From the NCBI GenBank assembly GCA_050084515.1, contig CM114271.1, forward strand, positions 47,554,001 through 47,618,000: a stretch of 64,000 nucleotides of DNA, read 5' to 3'. Origin of the DNA: Blasia pusilla (Eukaryota). The notes under the pieces were generated by a model. It worked only from the letters and a program-made list of their open reading frames with translations. It made no database searches and was not told where the DNA came from. The translations under genes were made by a program, and so were the position numbers. Below are positions 41,380 to 54,100 of this stretch, one piece after another (the first letter of the stretch is position 1; every line of letters begins with the position of its first letter).

Positions 41380-44300
41380 CTATAATAGGTTACAAATCGA
41401 GTTGTAAAGCATTAGGGTAATTCCGAACTGAGGACTGGTCTTCAACACTCGTGCGACACAGCCCTTGAAGAGAGCTCCTGGTCCCTCCTTTTGTAAGATC
41501 AACACAAAGCACTGCCAAGCATTGTCGTAGCGGTCCCCTCCATCTCCGACCTCCATCTGCACGCGCACATTGAGTGGAGTCAGTCACCTTAAAAACGAGT
41601 GAAAAACGAACGAACGGATGATTAAAGATGAGAGCAAGGTCATTTTGAATACAAGGTCCTATCCTTTGGGGATCAAGGACTACCGAGAAACCCATGTCTT
41701 CCAATCCAACTCTATGACCTTGAAAGACCACATTCCGAATCACACAAGATACCCTAGATCTGGTCACCATCTACTGGCGACTTCGGCGTTTCTGAGTATC
41801 GATGGAGGAACATAGCGTGGGGTGCCTCCATAACTTGGCAGGGGTAGGAAATGGAGATAGAGGTAAGTTCTCCACATCATCTAAACCCATTGTCCAACAT
41901 GGTCAGTTCACTACGATGTTGACTGTAAAAACTGCAGTTGGGAACTTACAAACATGTTCCCAAATTCCAAAAGTGTATGGCCGCAACTGTCAGATTGGTT
42001 CTGCTTCTACAACTCCTTCACGACTAGTTTCCTTCGCAGGCTGCAGCTTCTGAACCTCTCTACTGGCCTTCAATGGCCAGATGTGATCGGCCTGGTTTCT
42101 CGGCCTGTACGAATTTCATGCATAGTGCAGCAACGGATTCTTCAACGGTGAGAAGAACGAGAGAACTACCTGCAGCCTCGTCTTGATGACGTCGAGTGGG
42201 GTGACTAGAACAGTAGCAGGAATCGCGGCGAGGCACCCGGCCATGAAGCTTTGCTCGGGGTAAAGTTGTCTTATGAAGGTGTAGATGGCGAAGAAAATGG
42301 CCGTGCTAGGTATATCACGGGCCATCGTGACGCCAGATCCGTTGTACAGACCCTGCAATCCAAGCTCTTTGACGACATCCCAGGAGTTCTTTTGCTTTCT
42401 ATCCTTCGACTGAGTCTGTAGCCGAACCTTGACGATTTCCATGGGATTTGTGAAAACCACCTGAGAAAAACCTCCTCCTCCTCCCGCAATCAGCTCCAAC
42501 GCCCACACACCAACCCCTGGCAACTGGCTCTCCAACATCTCCATGAGGACTTCATTGACCGTGAACTTTATTGCCTGCAATCGACCAAACAACAAAACGT
42601 AAACACAAGTGATATCACAGGAGATATGGTCATCGACATCTCTGTGATTCTGCTGGGGACAACTCCTTTATAGTTTACTCTCATCCAGGGCGACAGAGGA
42701 ACCAACATTTGATGGAAATGCGTAAAGAAACTTGCCCCCAAATACCAACAATTTCCGACTGCAAGAGTTCATAGACATGACAAACTTTCTCCCCTCCTGA
42801 GAGAAAGCCGAACTATTTCACACACTCGAATCAGAGTATCAGCTCATTTATTTGCATGCCCAGAATAAGAGTTGCAACTGCGTTGGCTTTGAGTTTGCCA
42901 ATCTCTCGATGGAATACCAAAAGAAGTCGAGGTGGGTCCACCCTTCGAGCAACATAAGTGCTGAAATCGAAGAAACACGGAAACAGGAAGGAGAAGGGCT
43001 CATCGTCCCACTGAAGAGGAGATGGGTTGGTAGGGATTGGATCGTAGATCGATCGAGCGTAGAGGAATTGTACCTTCTCGGGGGCTATGCCAACAAGCTG
43101 AGGAACCAATCCACAGTAGAGAGAAGCCAGGCCTTCATCCGCAATGAGCTTTTTCAAGCAGTCCCATTCGTCCTTGTAGTGCGGCTCTTCTCCATCCTTC
43201 TGCGAGACCACCACAAACACAAACTTCAACACAGGTTTCTACGATCTTCCACAATCCACACACAGGAGACGTTGCAGCGCTCCTCCACTCGCTACTTCTC
43301 GCAGTGTCTGCTTCACAGCTTTGGCTTTAGAGTCTTCGACACTTCCAGATCCGAACACTGAACTCCCAAGGTGAAGTGCGTAAAGAAGTATTCGGGGGAC
43401 GGTGCAATTAAGAAGGTACATTCAAGCTCTGAGATCAAGAATACGTACAGGAGTCTGTGCTTGCATCCGTGTCTTGACGGTATCGAGCGGATAGACCAAA
43501 GTGGCACCCATTGCTCCTGCTACTCCTCCTCCACCAAAGTGCATCATCATTCTGGTCATGAGATTCATGCCAGGAACCGGTGCTCCTTGCAAAGCGGCCA
43601 TGGTATTCACGACGGCTGCTCCCCCCGCAGGCCCAACGCTTCGACTCGCGGCGGAGACAACCGTTCCGAGTGGCACGGCGGTCACCGCCACGAGGTCGGG
43701 GCCTTCCATCATCTCTGGTGCGATCCTCTGAGCGATAGAGTCGGACGATTTGGAGACCGCTGTTGTGGTTGAGCAGCTGACGATGCTTCTTTGTGGTTCG
43801 GGCGCCCCGGCGCCTTCCGTCACAGAGATGGCTATTGGGTACGGGGAGCTTTTGTCATGAGCAGCTCCATGGGCGGCCATAACAATCGTTGCAGCAGGGA
43901 TCTTGTCCTTCCCTTGGATCAGGTCTGTGGAGGAAACTTTAAATATGGGGACGAAGAGGGTTTCCGTCCGCTTTGTCGACACATTCTTCCCATCCTCGTC
44001 CACTTTGCTATCCAATTTGTCTTCGACGCCGACAAGAAGCTCCTGCCGAACGCGATCGTCGATCGACAAGTGAGTTACAGGCTGACCTATCTCGTCCAAC
44101 CAATCCCTTTGTGCTTTGATTTCCGACTGAAGCTGGTGCATCAGCTGGGTCTCGATACGCGTTTGGAAATTCTCAGAGATTTGTGATTCGGGCAACGCAC
44201 CGAAGGCTTCGCCGCTGGGGCTCGCCAGCGCAGATGAGCAGAGAGAAAGAGACAGACCTGCTACCGCCGCAGCTGTCGCGAATTTCCGTTGACACAGCTT

Positions 44301-44945
44301 CCATGAATGAGAGTTCTCCACGGCCAGGTTGTCGAGGAACCCGAAACCAGATCGTAGCCTTGGATAGTTCTCCTTGGGAATTCGTGCGTCTCTTTCATCC
44401 ACCATCCCGGCCACGCAGGGTCGAGAGTTGCTCGCTCTTCTTTTCGACCTTGCTGACCGTTTCTCCACCGGCCGACTGCCCTCAGACCACGCTGAGTTCC
44501 TAGCCGCCCGCGGAGTGCGCTGTTTCCCGGAAGATGTGGTTGATGATGCAGCGCTGTGTGTTCTCGGGCTGATGTTCTCCCCGGAAAACTGACTTCTAGC
44601 TCCGCATCCGCACTTGAAAGAATCGTAGCGAAACTTGTCTAGCGGTGCAGCGTAAAACCTCTCCGAATGTAGGTATGAGGTGCGCCCTTGGGTTTTGGAC
44701 CAACCTCTTGAAGTGGACCTATCGATGCAGAAGTTTTTCAGCATTCTCGGCTCTTTCTTGGCAATCAAGGCATGGTGATTAGGGTTCACAGATCGAGAGC
44801 CAAGCCCCACTTCTTTCTGGGAGAGGCCACTCGAGGTGCCGTAGATATTGCTCGCCTCCCACTTTGTAGACTTCTTCTTCACAATAGCGACGTCATGATC
44901 CACCGAATTCCTCTCGAAAACCAGAGGATGAACCAGAGCACTCAT
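41380..44945 (-). CDS. Mitochondrial carrier family (SLC25) protein, aspartate/glutamate carrier (AGC1/citrin)-like, with ~460-aa N-terminal extension; exons ~43449-44945, 43074-43199, 42170-42574, 41380-41556
   Basis: Three carrier signatures PX[DE]XX[KR]XR: YPLDTVKTRMQ, NPMEIVKVRLQ and TPLDVIKTRLQ. AGC-type peptides PQLVGIAPEKAIKFTVNE, ARDIPSTAIFF and ARVLKTSPQFGITL. GT-AG introns are in frame. Confidence 0.85.
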
Positions 44946-47294
44946 GATTCTTCCCAACCCTCCGACTTCACCTCATGAACTACCGCCCGCAGCAGAATAA
45001 CGCCGACGTGATTCGCGCCTCGGCGGAGGAAAAATTAGGATTCGATTTCAGTACAAATGTATTTGTGGGAATTCCAACAGTGCAGTAGCTACCTTCAGAC
45101 AGGCCGTGCCTTTCTCGGAGTCCCAGATCACCCACCGAGCGTCGTCCGAAGACAGCAGCAAATTGGATACCGAATGGAGAAGGCGAGGTCAGTCACCACA
45201 TTTCGTCAATTGAAGAAAGTGGGCTAGTCCCCAATAGCGGGACACGATATTGGTCTATCGGAGAATGAGCACAGTTCGCGCACCGACTGCGGGAAGAGCA
45301 CCTTCAAAATCCCTCGCTCGCTGTCGTCAATTGCCACCGGGAAGACGTTCCAGCTCTGACTGAGAAACTACCGCTTCTGAAAGACTTCTGAATTCCTCGA
45401 ACGCAGAAAAAATTGACTACGCTGTGCGATTCTCTGATCACGAGGTCCTCGCGATCCCAAAAAACCCAAACTTCTTTCTCTTGAACCCCGTGACGCTCTC
45501 CGAAACCGCGACCTTTGCAGAATCTTCTCCAATCTTCCTCCAAGCTCTCTCCGAGTGTACGTCGGCCTTTCAACACTGCAGTTCTAGTTCAACGAAAGCC
45601 ATCGACCGCAGCCACTGATCCCAATTTCCCGTCAGCACCGCAATTTCACACCTCATCAGAGCACCCGTCGCGTCTACCATCCCCGCAATATCTCAAAATC
45701 CATCTCTCGGACCGTCTCAAAACCCGGCGCGACAAGGACGACCGAAGACGGGCTTCCAACGTTGCGCGGCAGAATCAAGAAGAATCAGGGTCAAGCAATA
45801 ATCGCAACAGTTCATTGAGATTGACAGAGACTGGCAGCTCTCGAAGGGTGAAACTGAGAGAACTTGCAGAACCCTTTAAGAAAGATCTGCGTGATGTCAT
45901 CTATTGTGACAAAAGGGGTCCATTTCTCTGTATTGTACTTTCCGGAGATCGTTTCATCGTCCGTCCTCTTTCCCGTTCTCAGAGGGGGTGATGGGAGCCG
46001 TCAGATTTCGTCCATCGACGGTGAAAAGTCGTGGCTTCACCAGGTATTGACATCACTCGCGCACGGGCGCTCCAGATCCTTAGGAAGTCGAAAGTGAGCG
46101 CAACGCGTGGCACTGGTGTAGGAGATCTCCAGATCGGAAGACAAAAGTGGATGTCAGGATTTCGCCCGCGCCATCGCCAGCGCGTTAGTCACTGGCTCTC
46201 GCAGACGATAACCCGACGGCGACTCTCTACCCATCTCTCCGTTCCACCGTCGTCCTCATGACGGCGCAAGAGGAGCCGTTAGTCCCTTGTCGGTGACCCA
46301 CGCCACCTCGTAGGGAAATTCCCTCCACGTAGGCTTTTTCTTTCCCTTCTCTTTCCTTTGAAGCTTTCAGGGGCCTTTTCCATGACTAATGGAATTAACC
46401 TTCGAATTTGAATATGTCGCAGCTCCTGATTGGGCCTGGGCATAGCAGGAACTCCTTGTGAAACATGAGTTCGATTGTAGAATAAGAATAACGTGGAACG
46501 CTATAATGTAAAATAAAATAAATGCTATATTTGGTTTGTTTGTAAACCGTGTTCACGTTCAAGTCATGGGAAACCTAGGTTGCTAGAGGTCTTCTTTGTT
46601 GTTAGAGTTGGGGCCCATTGCCTTAGTTTAAATTTATTTATTTTTTAGTCATGAGGTGGGGTTGTTTCTTTAACTAAGTGCACATGCTCCTTTTTTTTCA
46701 ATTTTTCTCTGCGTGTATTTTCCCATCTTCTTTCTCCATGATCTTTCTTGGTCTTCTTTTTATGGCATCTTTCTTTGAGTGACCATCCACCTTGCTTTAC
46801 AAATTCACCTAGTGGCTAGAAAATATTTCTTATCTTCATGCTAAAATCTTTTTCATATGATTCGAGATATTCTCCACATAGAACACGTGAATTAAAGATC
46901 TAGAACTATCTCCCAACCACAACCAGAACTACTTTGATCCATCACAATTGAAGTGAGAGAAAATATTGGGAGCCATTTCCTTTTCTACGTTGGTTCTTCT
47001 AAAATTCACCAAATCACACTTATTTGCATTTTTTTTTCCCGTTTCAAATTGCTTTCTTTATTTTTAGAGCTACGTAGTTAAATTTCAAAAAATTGATTGC
47101 AAATAACACCTTCATTTTGCTAGACCCCATTACAAATAGAATATGTAAAAAACTTAAATCAAATGTGCACTAAGAAAACTTAGGAAAATAAGTACAAAGA
47201 TAGTTTGGATGAGTGTACTACTAAAATAAGAAATTTTGTGGTTAATTATTGATTTAAATTTTTAATTTCCATCATTTTTAATTTATTAATTATG

Positions 47295-47668
47295 CGACCA
47301 TGGATCACCTAGTCACCTACGCATATAAGTTATCATTGAAGAAGGTTGTTTTTAAGGGGAAGAGCTTTTTGGCTCTTCCCTAAGCTATAAGAGAGGGAGA
47401 GATGGCATTCTCAAGCCATCTTTCTCATGTTGGGTCTTTGAAGTAGCTCTCTTGCTTGGATTATAGTAGGAAGTAGGGTGTTAGCGCCTAGATTCCCTCA
47501 TAACATAGGGTGGATATGGTTCAATATAACGATGTAGATTCGACGAGGTATGTTGGCCATATGAGTCGCTTTTACTTTGATTTTTTTGTGTGATCTTGGT
47601 ATATATAGGTGAGTATATTTTGTTTGTATGTGGATCTACCCGTGTGTTGGGAAGATTGGTGATGACAT
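47295..47668 (+). repeat. Old A-B copy of the split-repeat family
   Basis: ggggaagagc...ctataagagagggagagatggcattctcaagccatctttctcatgttggg...gatttttttgtgtgatc...gggaagattgg aligns with ~59300-59670 across the A/B junction. Confidence 0.7.
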
Positions 47669-47849
47669 GCGCCTATTCTCTTGAACGTCGATCTTATGCA
47701 ATGCTAAAGCTTGTGTTTAGTAGGACACCCTCATATTGTTGATCTCCATCCAAACACACTACATTACATCTGGTTTGAGTCCATCAACCTTACATTTCCC
47801 TAAGTTCCTAACCCCTTACTTCCAACACAAACATGCGAGGAAGGAGAGT

Positions 47850-49258
47850 GCTTAGCTAGCGCTACAGTGTGGTCCATGACACATTTAAGGTGCTATCTAT
47901 TTGGTAACCCTTTCATACTTATCATTAATCATCAGCCGTTGAGATCAATGATAAGTCAAGATGGCTAAACCAGGATGCAGTTGGGTCGAGTCGCAACCCA
48001 TACTCGAGTCAGAGAGACAATACAGGAGTTTGACGGCACGGAGAGAGTGATGAGGAGATGGTGCCCGGTTGGCATGCATCTGCCTTCCTTTGTTGGTTGA
48101 CTACATCAAGTTAGCAGTAGGTGGTGACTTTAATGATGGGTGAGATGATGAGTCTCCATATCCAGAGGTCAATGAGGAGACAATGGGTAATCGTGATATC
48201 CATAATGACATGGAGTTTTTGGAGTTCCTACGTAATGACGTCATAGCAATGTATAGTGAGTGTTAGGGAGCATAATTGGATCCTATAGAGAGCCAAGAGG
48301 TTCAAGTAGGAGGGGACACACCTTTTTTGAATGTAGGGGGATGATAGAGTACGAGTGGTGCCTCATCTTTCCCAGCAAGCACATGTAGTGCGACATGCCC
48401 ACGAGGAATTGGGGCACTTTGGTATAAAGCGTCCTTATAGCTTACTCCACCTTAAGTATTGGTGGCGCAACATGCATACTGAGATTCAATAGTTTTTAGC
48501 CAAGGGTATGGTATGTGACCAAGTGCGAGCATCCTTCAATGCTCCCACTTCACAGTTGCATCCATGGCTTGCAGCGAGGACATTTGAGGGATTGAGACCT
48601 ACAGTTGCCATGGTTGGCCATGGGGTATTGCTTTAGTTGGCAGACATTCTTTGCATTGTTTGCGCCATACCTTATGCTCTATGGGAGGGAGTTGGCCTTA
48701 CTTATAGCTATTCAACGTAACATGGCAGAGGTTTTGGATCTTGATGACCTAGATATTTGGGTACAAGCATGTTCTCAGAGGGCGGAGCTTTTTTGTAGAG
48801 TTATGCCCATTGCATTTGAGAATTTAGCTATTGCTCACCATAGGGATACATTGAGGTATGCTTTCATTTGTGGAGGGGGTTATTGCCTAGGGATTAGGAT
48901 GCTCCATGTTGAAGATTATGTGTATTTACACCATGCGGAACCCATCACTATAGGACGCACGATTTTGTATGTGCGTGAGGTGTTATCGCATGGAGTGCTT
49001 ATTTTGGAGGGACAGTATGGTATGGTTTGGAAGGATCGTGTGCACAATTGTGCGCCATGTTATCTTCAAAATGTGGATAAGATAGTGGATTTGATCGTAG
49101 CAATGGTATGGGCTTGAGGTGTATGTTGCATGGATTTGCGAGGGGTGCAGTCACCAGTTGGTGTGTGATGGTTGTTCTCGAGGGTGACATACATCGTGTG
49201 TGACACCCCCTCTTGATGCAATTCCCACGAGACTATGCTTATGTCCTAGATGTGTATA
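47850..49258 (+). mobile_element. Older, internally deleted copy of the RNase H-integrase-PHD region of the same retroelement family
   Basis: Nucleotide similarity to 57030-58893. ORF 48605-49117 (LDLDDLDIWVQACSQRAELFCRVMPIAFENLAIAHHRDTLRY) matches 58072-58548, with a decayed PHD at ~49118-49258. Confidence 0.85.
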
Positions 49259-49930
49259 TGTCGCGACCCTCATAACCAAACAACACCAAATAGGCGCCAA
49301 GCGGAACATCAAACCACTAGTGGATTCATAGGGCCTAAGTCTTGGTTTACATTTGGTCCAGGTTTCCTAGTTCGCGATCATAAACGCGGGAAACAAACAA
49401 CTCAATTCCACGTTTCGTCTCTTGGACTTTTCCAAGAGACCTCTCCAAAGCGCAATCATAGTAGCATGATGCTTAATGTCACCATAGGGCGCACGATGAT
49501 CATGCTTTGGAGAGGTCTTTTGGAGAGGTCTCTTGGAAAAGTCCAACAGACGAAATGCGGAATTGAGATGTTCGTTTCATGCGTTTGTGGTTGGGACTAG
49601 GAAACCTAGACCAAACGGAAATCAAGACTTGAGATGAGTTGAGTCTAGGAAGGTTGGTTGCCAAAGAGGTGAGAACCAGTTTTGGAACATGAGTAGCGTT
49701 TGGGGATTTTGACTGTATTTTGGACCATAACATTTAGTTCCAAAATGCGTTTGGGAAAAATAAGATGGCATTGAAAATCTTATGTTGAGAAAATTCCAAC
49801 GCACCAAAAATCTTAGCAAACGCACAAGGATCGGTTGAGATATTGGCCGAAAATAATTGTGAGAGCAATTGGGTTGAGGGCCAATTTGAGGGGCCCAACT
49901 TTCTTTCCCTAAAGTTAGGGGAAGGGCGGG
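49259..49930. repeat. Family Z fragment containing a ~113-bp inverted repeat; abuts the left end of the main element
   Basis: Starts TGTCGCG. 49337-49450 and 49518-49630 are reverse complements of each other. Homologous to 23400-23870. Confidence 0.65.
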
Positions 49931-50376
49931 GATCAGCCAAGATCTATCGTGGATAGGGCGTAGGAGCCAGCAGACTATCTTGAGTGTAACTATGTCCCAC
50001 GACGTCGGATGAGGTTGAGGATAGGTCCATTGTGTGAGGAACTTCGTTTCTGACAACTTTCATGTTGAGGTCTTTTACAGCCGGGTGACTTGTTGACCAG
50101 GTCATCCACCCTTGGTAACTTGTGCGCACAGGTTACAAATGGGAGGGCTATTTTTAGGGTTTAGGAACCCTATATAAGAGAGGAAGATGGCTTTCCTAAG
50201 CCATTTTTCTCATGTTGGGCTGTTGGAGCACCTCCCTTGTATGTGTGTGAGATAGGACTAGGGTGCTAGCGTCCGGATTCCTTGATAGCACAGGGTGGAC
50301 GAGGCTCGATATGCCGATGTAGATTGAGGAGTGGAGTTATACGCCGGGTGTGACGTTTTTACTACTCTTTATTTTT
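49931..50376 (+). repeat. Repeat A1 (5' terminal repeat; first ~18 bp missing)
   Basis: Aligns with A2 from gatctatcgtggataggg to gtttttactactctttattttt. It is not followed by B. Confidence 0.9.
50171..50177 (+). promoter_or_regulatory. TATA box of the retroelement promoter in repeat A
   Basis: ccctatataagagagg is identical in A2 (~59385); ctataagagaggg occurs in the older copies at ~47386 and ~59993. Confidence 0.65.
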
Positions 50377-50390
50377 ACATGAGAAAGATG
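50377..50390 (+). other. Primer-binding-site position; self-complementary to 50202-50215 (putative self-priming site)
   Basis: ACATGAGAAAGATG pairs with CATTTTTCTCATGT (one G-U pair) 31 nt downstream of the TATA start. No TGG tRNA-type PBS is present. Confidence 0.7.
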
Positions 50391-51704
50391 TCAGGGGGCT
50401 GGTGGGAATTCGTTGTTTGCAGGTAGGCAAGCGAGTTGCCTTGGTCAGGAGCCCGTGGAGACGTTGGTTGGCGTCGTATTTGTCATTTTTTTTGTTTGCA
50501 AGGCCGTGGGCGGAAGCGCTGTCCGTTTTTCTCAAATTTTGTTGGTGCACGGGTATTGGGGACATCGGCAGAGTGTAGTACGGAGTGGGCGTCGGGTGTA
50601 CGCGAGTGAGGGTGTCGAGAGAGAGAAGAAAAGAGAGTTAGGTCTTGTAGCCGCTGGGGGCGCTGACGGGCGTGTAGGTTGGCGGGCGCGGACAGACGGC
50701 AGCCCATAGGGGTGCGGCCCCCCCCCCCGTGCGGGCATTTAGGGCCCAAGGGGCTGCATAGGGCCGCGTGCCAAGTTTCCCCCCTCCAACATGGTAGGAG
50801 TGGATGTGGTGGAGTTGTAGGGGCAACATGGTAGGGGCAACGTGGTTGCGCATGGGCACCGTGGTGGCGGGGAGGATGATGACCGACATAGTTGGACAGC
50901 GGACGTGGATGATGTTGGATGATGTTGAGCTACGTGGTTGAGAGTGCGGATGTGGTCGGGGTCATGTTCACGTGGGCGGACATGGCGTATGTGGTAGGAG
51001 TGGATCCGACATGGGTGAGTTCGGTTGCGCAGTGGAGAGTTTTGCGGGACTTAGTGTCTCACGAGCGTGGATGGGATTCGCGATAGCACTTTGTCGGTTG
51101 TTACGAGTAGGTTGGAGGACGACTCATTAGTTCTTCAATGACTGGGAATTGTGAGCGTTGTGATGGGGACACACGAACCTACACTGACGGGAGGTTTGAC
51201 GTGTTGGTCGAGGAGAGTGTCGTGTTGGGGAGATTGTCATATCACGTGGAGGAGTGCATGTTGATGGTATAGCAGGTTGGAGGGCGTGATCAGGTTACCC
51301 ATTCGAGTCCCTTTTCCTGCACTTGTCGTGTGTGATTGAGAGTGCTGGGTATCGGGTAGTAGCTGGTGCTAGGTGGGTGCAGTGATGGTGATGAGTGTAG
51401 ATTCTTTTCATGTGTACCATGTTGGTGGATATACTGGCGGTTGCTTTAGTAGGGTCGCGTGTATGACCCGAGAGAGTGTCGCTAGGTTAGGTGAGTCAGT
51501 TGGGAGGCTCATGGTGAGCCCGAGTGTTGAGTGTGCGTGAGGCCGGGTATGTCATCACGGGATTGATGTTAGCATAGGTGAGCTAGTGAGGAGTGTGGGA
51601 GACTTGCGGTGTGTCTGAGTGCTTGAGCGGGTGAGACAGGGTTTGTCATCACGGCGTTCTTCCAGGGTTCGGAAGAACGGGGTAGTGCGAGCAGTAGTAG
51701 TGGT

Positions 51705-53714
51705 GTGACACGCAGTGGAGTGAGATACCGAGGGGTTACCAGTGAGGAGCTACCTCGACATCCATCCGTGGCTGGATCGTCATCATTGGACCTTTGGGTC
51801 AGTGATGAGATCGCGCATGAGAGACGAGAGTACTTGGCAGGAGATGGACGACATGTGCCATCGGGGCATGCGTCGTTTCTCGGGTGCAGTGGGCACCATC
51901 GACTTAGATGATTTTATCCAGGAGGTCGACACATGGTGCGACTTCCAAGAGATACGGACCCCGACACCGTTCAACCCTTTCATGGCATGGAAGGGGTTGT
52001 TCCAGCACTTGGAGGGTCCTCCGATGGATGACTACATGGAGTTTCGATCACTATATTCAATAGAGATCGATGCTTGGAGGATGTATTGGGCTCCAGGGTA
52101 TGTGTCCACTAGTGGTCGCGAGGCATATGATGGGATTATGAGAGGAGAGAGACCCACACCATCAGCCCGGAGACTAGATGGAGAGGAGGGCAGTGAGACA
52201 GGCGATGTGGCACAGACCTCTTGTGGTAGAGGGCCACCCGGCAAAGCCCCACAAAGGGAGTTCTTCGGCGGTTGGGGAAGAGCTACCAGGGCGTACGCAC
52301 CGACAAGCTTAAGAGTCTACAGGATTTTCAGCGACGATCGGGTGAAAGTCTGAGAGAGGCATTCACACGCATGAGGAGGCTGATCATTGCTACGTTTGGA
52401 GTGATTGAGGCGCAGTCAATCCAGTATTGGTACGGGGTTCTGGACCGAGAACTACGGAGGAGAGTCCAAGATGCGGTGCTGATTCACATAGCGAAGCCCA
52501 CGTTGAAGGTGGTCTTTGAGTTGTCTGAGCGTATTGAGCTCAACATGAGTGAGGAGCAGGTAGTGACCGCTGGATTTTCTCAAGAGTCGACGGGTCCACG
52601 AGCGACGGTGACCCCACAGGTGCCACAGCAAGCACCAGTACCACGGGAGCGGGCCAGGGTGCCTAGAGAGTAGGGCGGGTACCGTGAGCCTATGAGGAAA
52701 CGACCCGTACCTACATATGTTGCCTAGCAAGGACCGATGTGGTCTTGATGGACGTGTGGAGGGGCCCATAGGCAGAGAGATTGCCCACAGCATGGAAGAG
52801 GACCACCAGCGCCTCTAATTTCTCAGGAGCCACAGAGGATGGCCCCACCACAGCACCAGTGTGACCATTGCCACAGATATGGTCACACTAGGGATAGATG
52901 TTTTGACCTTCGTCGAGGGGCACGTCCGGAGGTAGGCCGAGGGCCTGGGGGTGGTCATCTTGGAGGAGGTTGGGGAGTTCTTCCTGGACGTGGTGGTAGA
53001 GGACCACCACCAGCCAGAGGAGATGGAGCAGGAGCACAAGAGCCGACACTTCTCTTACGCATCGATTAGTTGGAGCAGAGGATTGCTGCCATGACGATGA
53101 TGCAGCTTAGGGAAGGCACGGAGCTACGAGCAGCTAGTGTGACTCCAACTTCTACCTCTTACCCTAACCCGGGTGAGGATCTCGCAAAAATGGGATTTAT
53201 GTGTAGTGCAGCCCAGGTTGAGGCAACTGCAATGGTGACTCGGGGTGCTGCGAGAGGCACCGAGCCATCGAGAGGTAGAGTTGAGATTGACCCATCAGAG
53301 GGGACCGATGGGCGGCAGGCCAGGGTTCCACAGTCATTCACATTGTCGGAGGCACTACGCACACCATCGATGGTGCCTCGACGACCAGCGGTGCCTATAG
53401 CTCAGACACCTACATCGACATCACGAGGAGTTGGAGTGACAACTCCTATGCCGGCTCGAGTGGAGTCAGTGTCGACCATAGTGTTGGAGGTGGCCACCAG
53501 AGTGAGTCAGACTCCACTATTTTCTGCCATAGAGTTGGCGACGTTGGGAGTTGGACCAGCTGAGGTGTTCCGGTTGGCCGCCACGTTGTGTGAGCGTGGA
53601 GAGATGACCGCTTCTTGTTCAGAGGTAGTTGAGGAGGTGGTGGACTTGCCCTCAGAGCCGGTGCTCAGGATGTTTCCCATAGAGTCATGGCATGCGGCGC
53701 GGCAAAGTTGGTAG
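51705..53714 (+). pseudogene. gag: gag (capsid-like region plus CCHC zinc knuckle), disrupted
   Basis: Begins with TRSG. Retrotrans_gag-like FQRRSGESLREAFTRMRRL, zinc knuckle CDHCHRYGHTRDRC at ~52860-52901, then an RG-rich tail. Frameshifts and stops are present. Confidence 0.75.
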
Positions 53715-53716
53715 AT

Positions 53717-54100
53717 ATGCCAGCTCGATCGGCCATAGAGCGAGCAGTGGTGACACCTGGAGTAGTGTTACTGGATAACCGAGCTGGAGTATTTCGCTTG
53801 GTTAGTCCGACGGGGACTGTATACCACCCGCAGCCCGTCCTACTTGATTCGGGAGTGCAACCCTTGATGTTAGGGAAGGCGGCGTGTTTAGCGTTGGGGT
53901 TACGGAAGGCCGACATTGAGCCTTGTCCCTTCCAAATACAGACCTTGATTGGGGGCGTATCACCCACTCAGTATATGACTCGACATGAGATTGTTGTTAG
54001 AGTCCAGCTAGAGCATGCAATGGATAGTGCTATGGTGCGCACACGTGCGATTACGACACCAGCTGAGTTGTACGATGTGTTAGTGGGGAGTACAATGTGA
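53717..54100 (+). pseudogene. Retroviral-type aspartic protease
   Basis: VLLDSGVQPLMLG active-site motif and YDVLVG (D-x-L-x-G) C-terminal motif. Confidence 0.75.

Noticed and set aside
41774-42052. Possible extra exon in the carrier gene
   Set aside because: It has an in-frame stop, and the carrier repeat is complete when 42170 splices directly to 41556.
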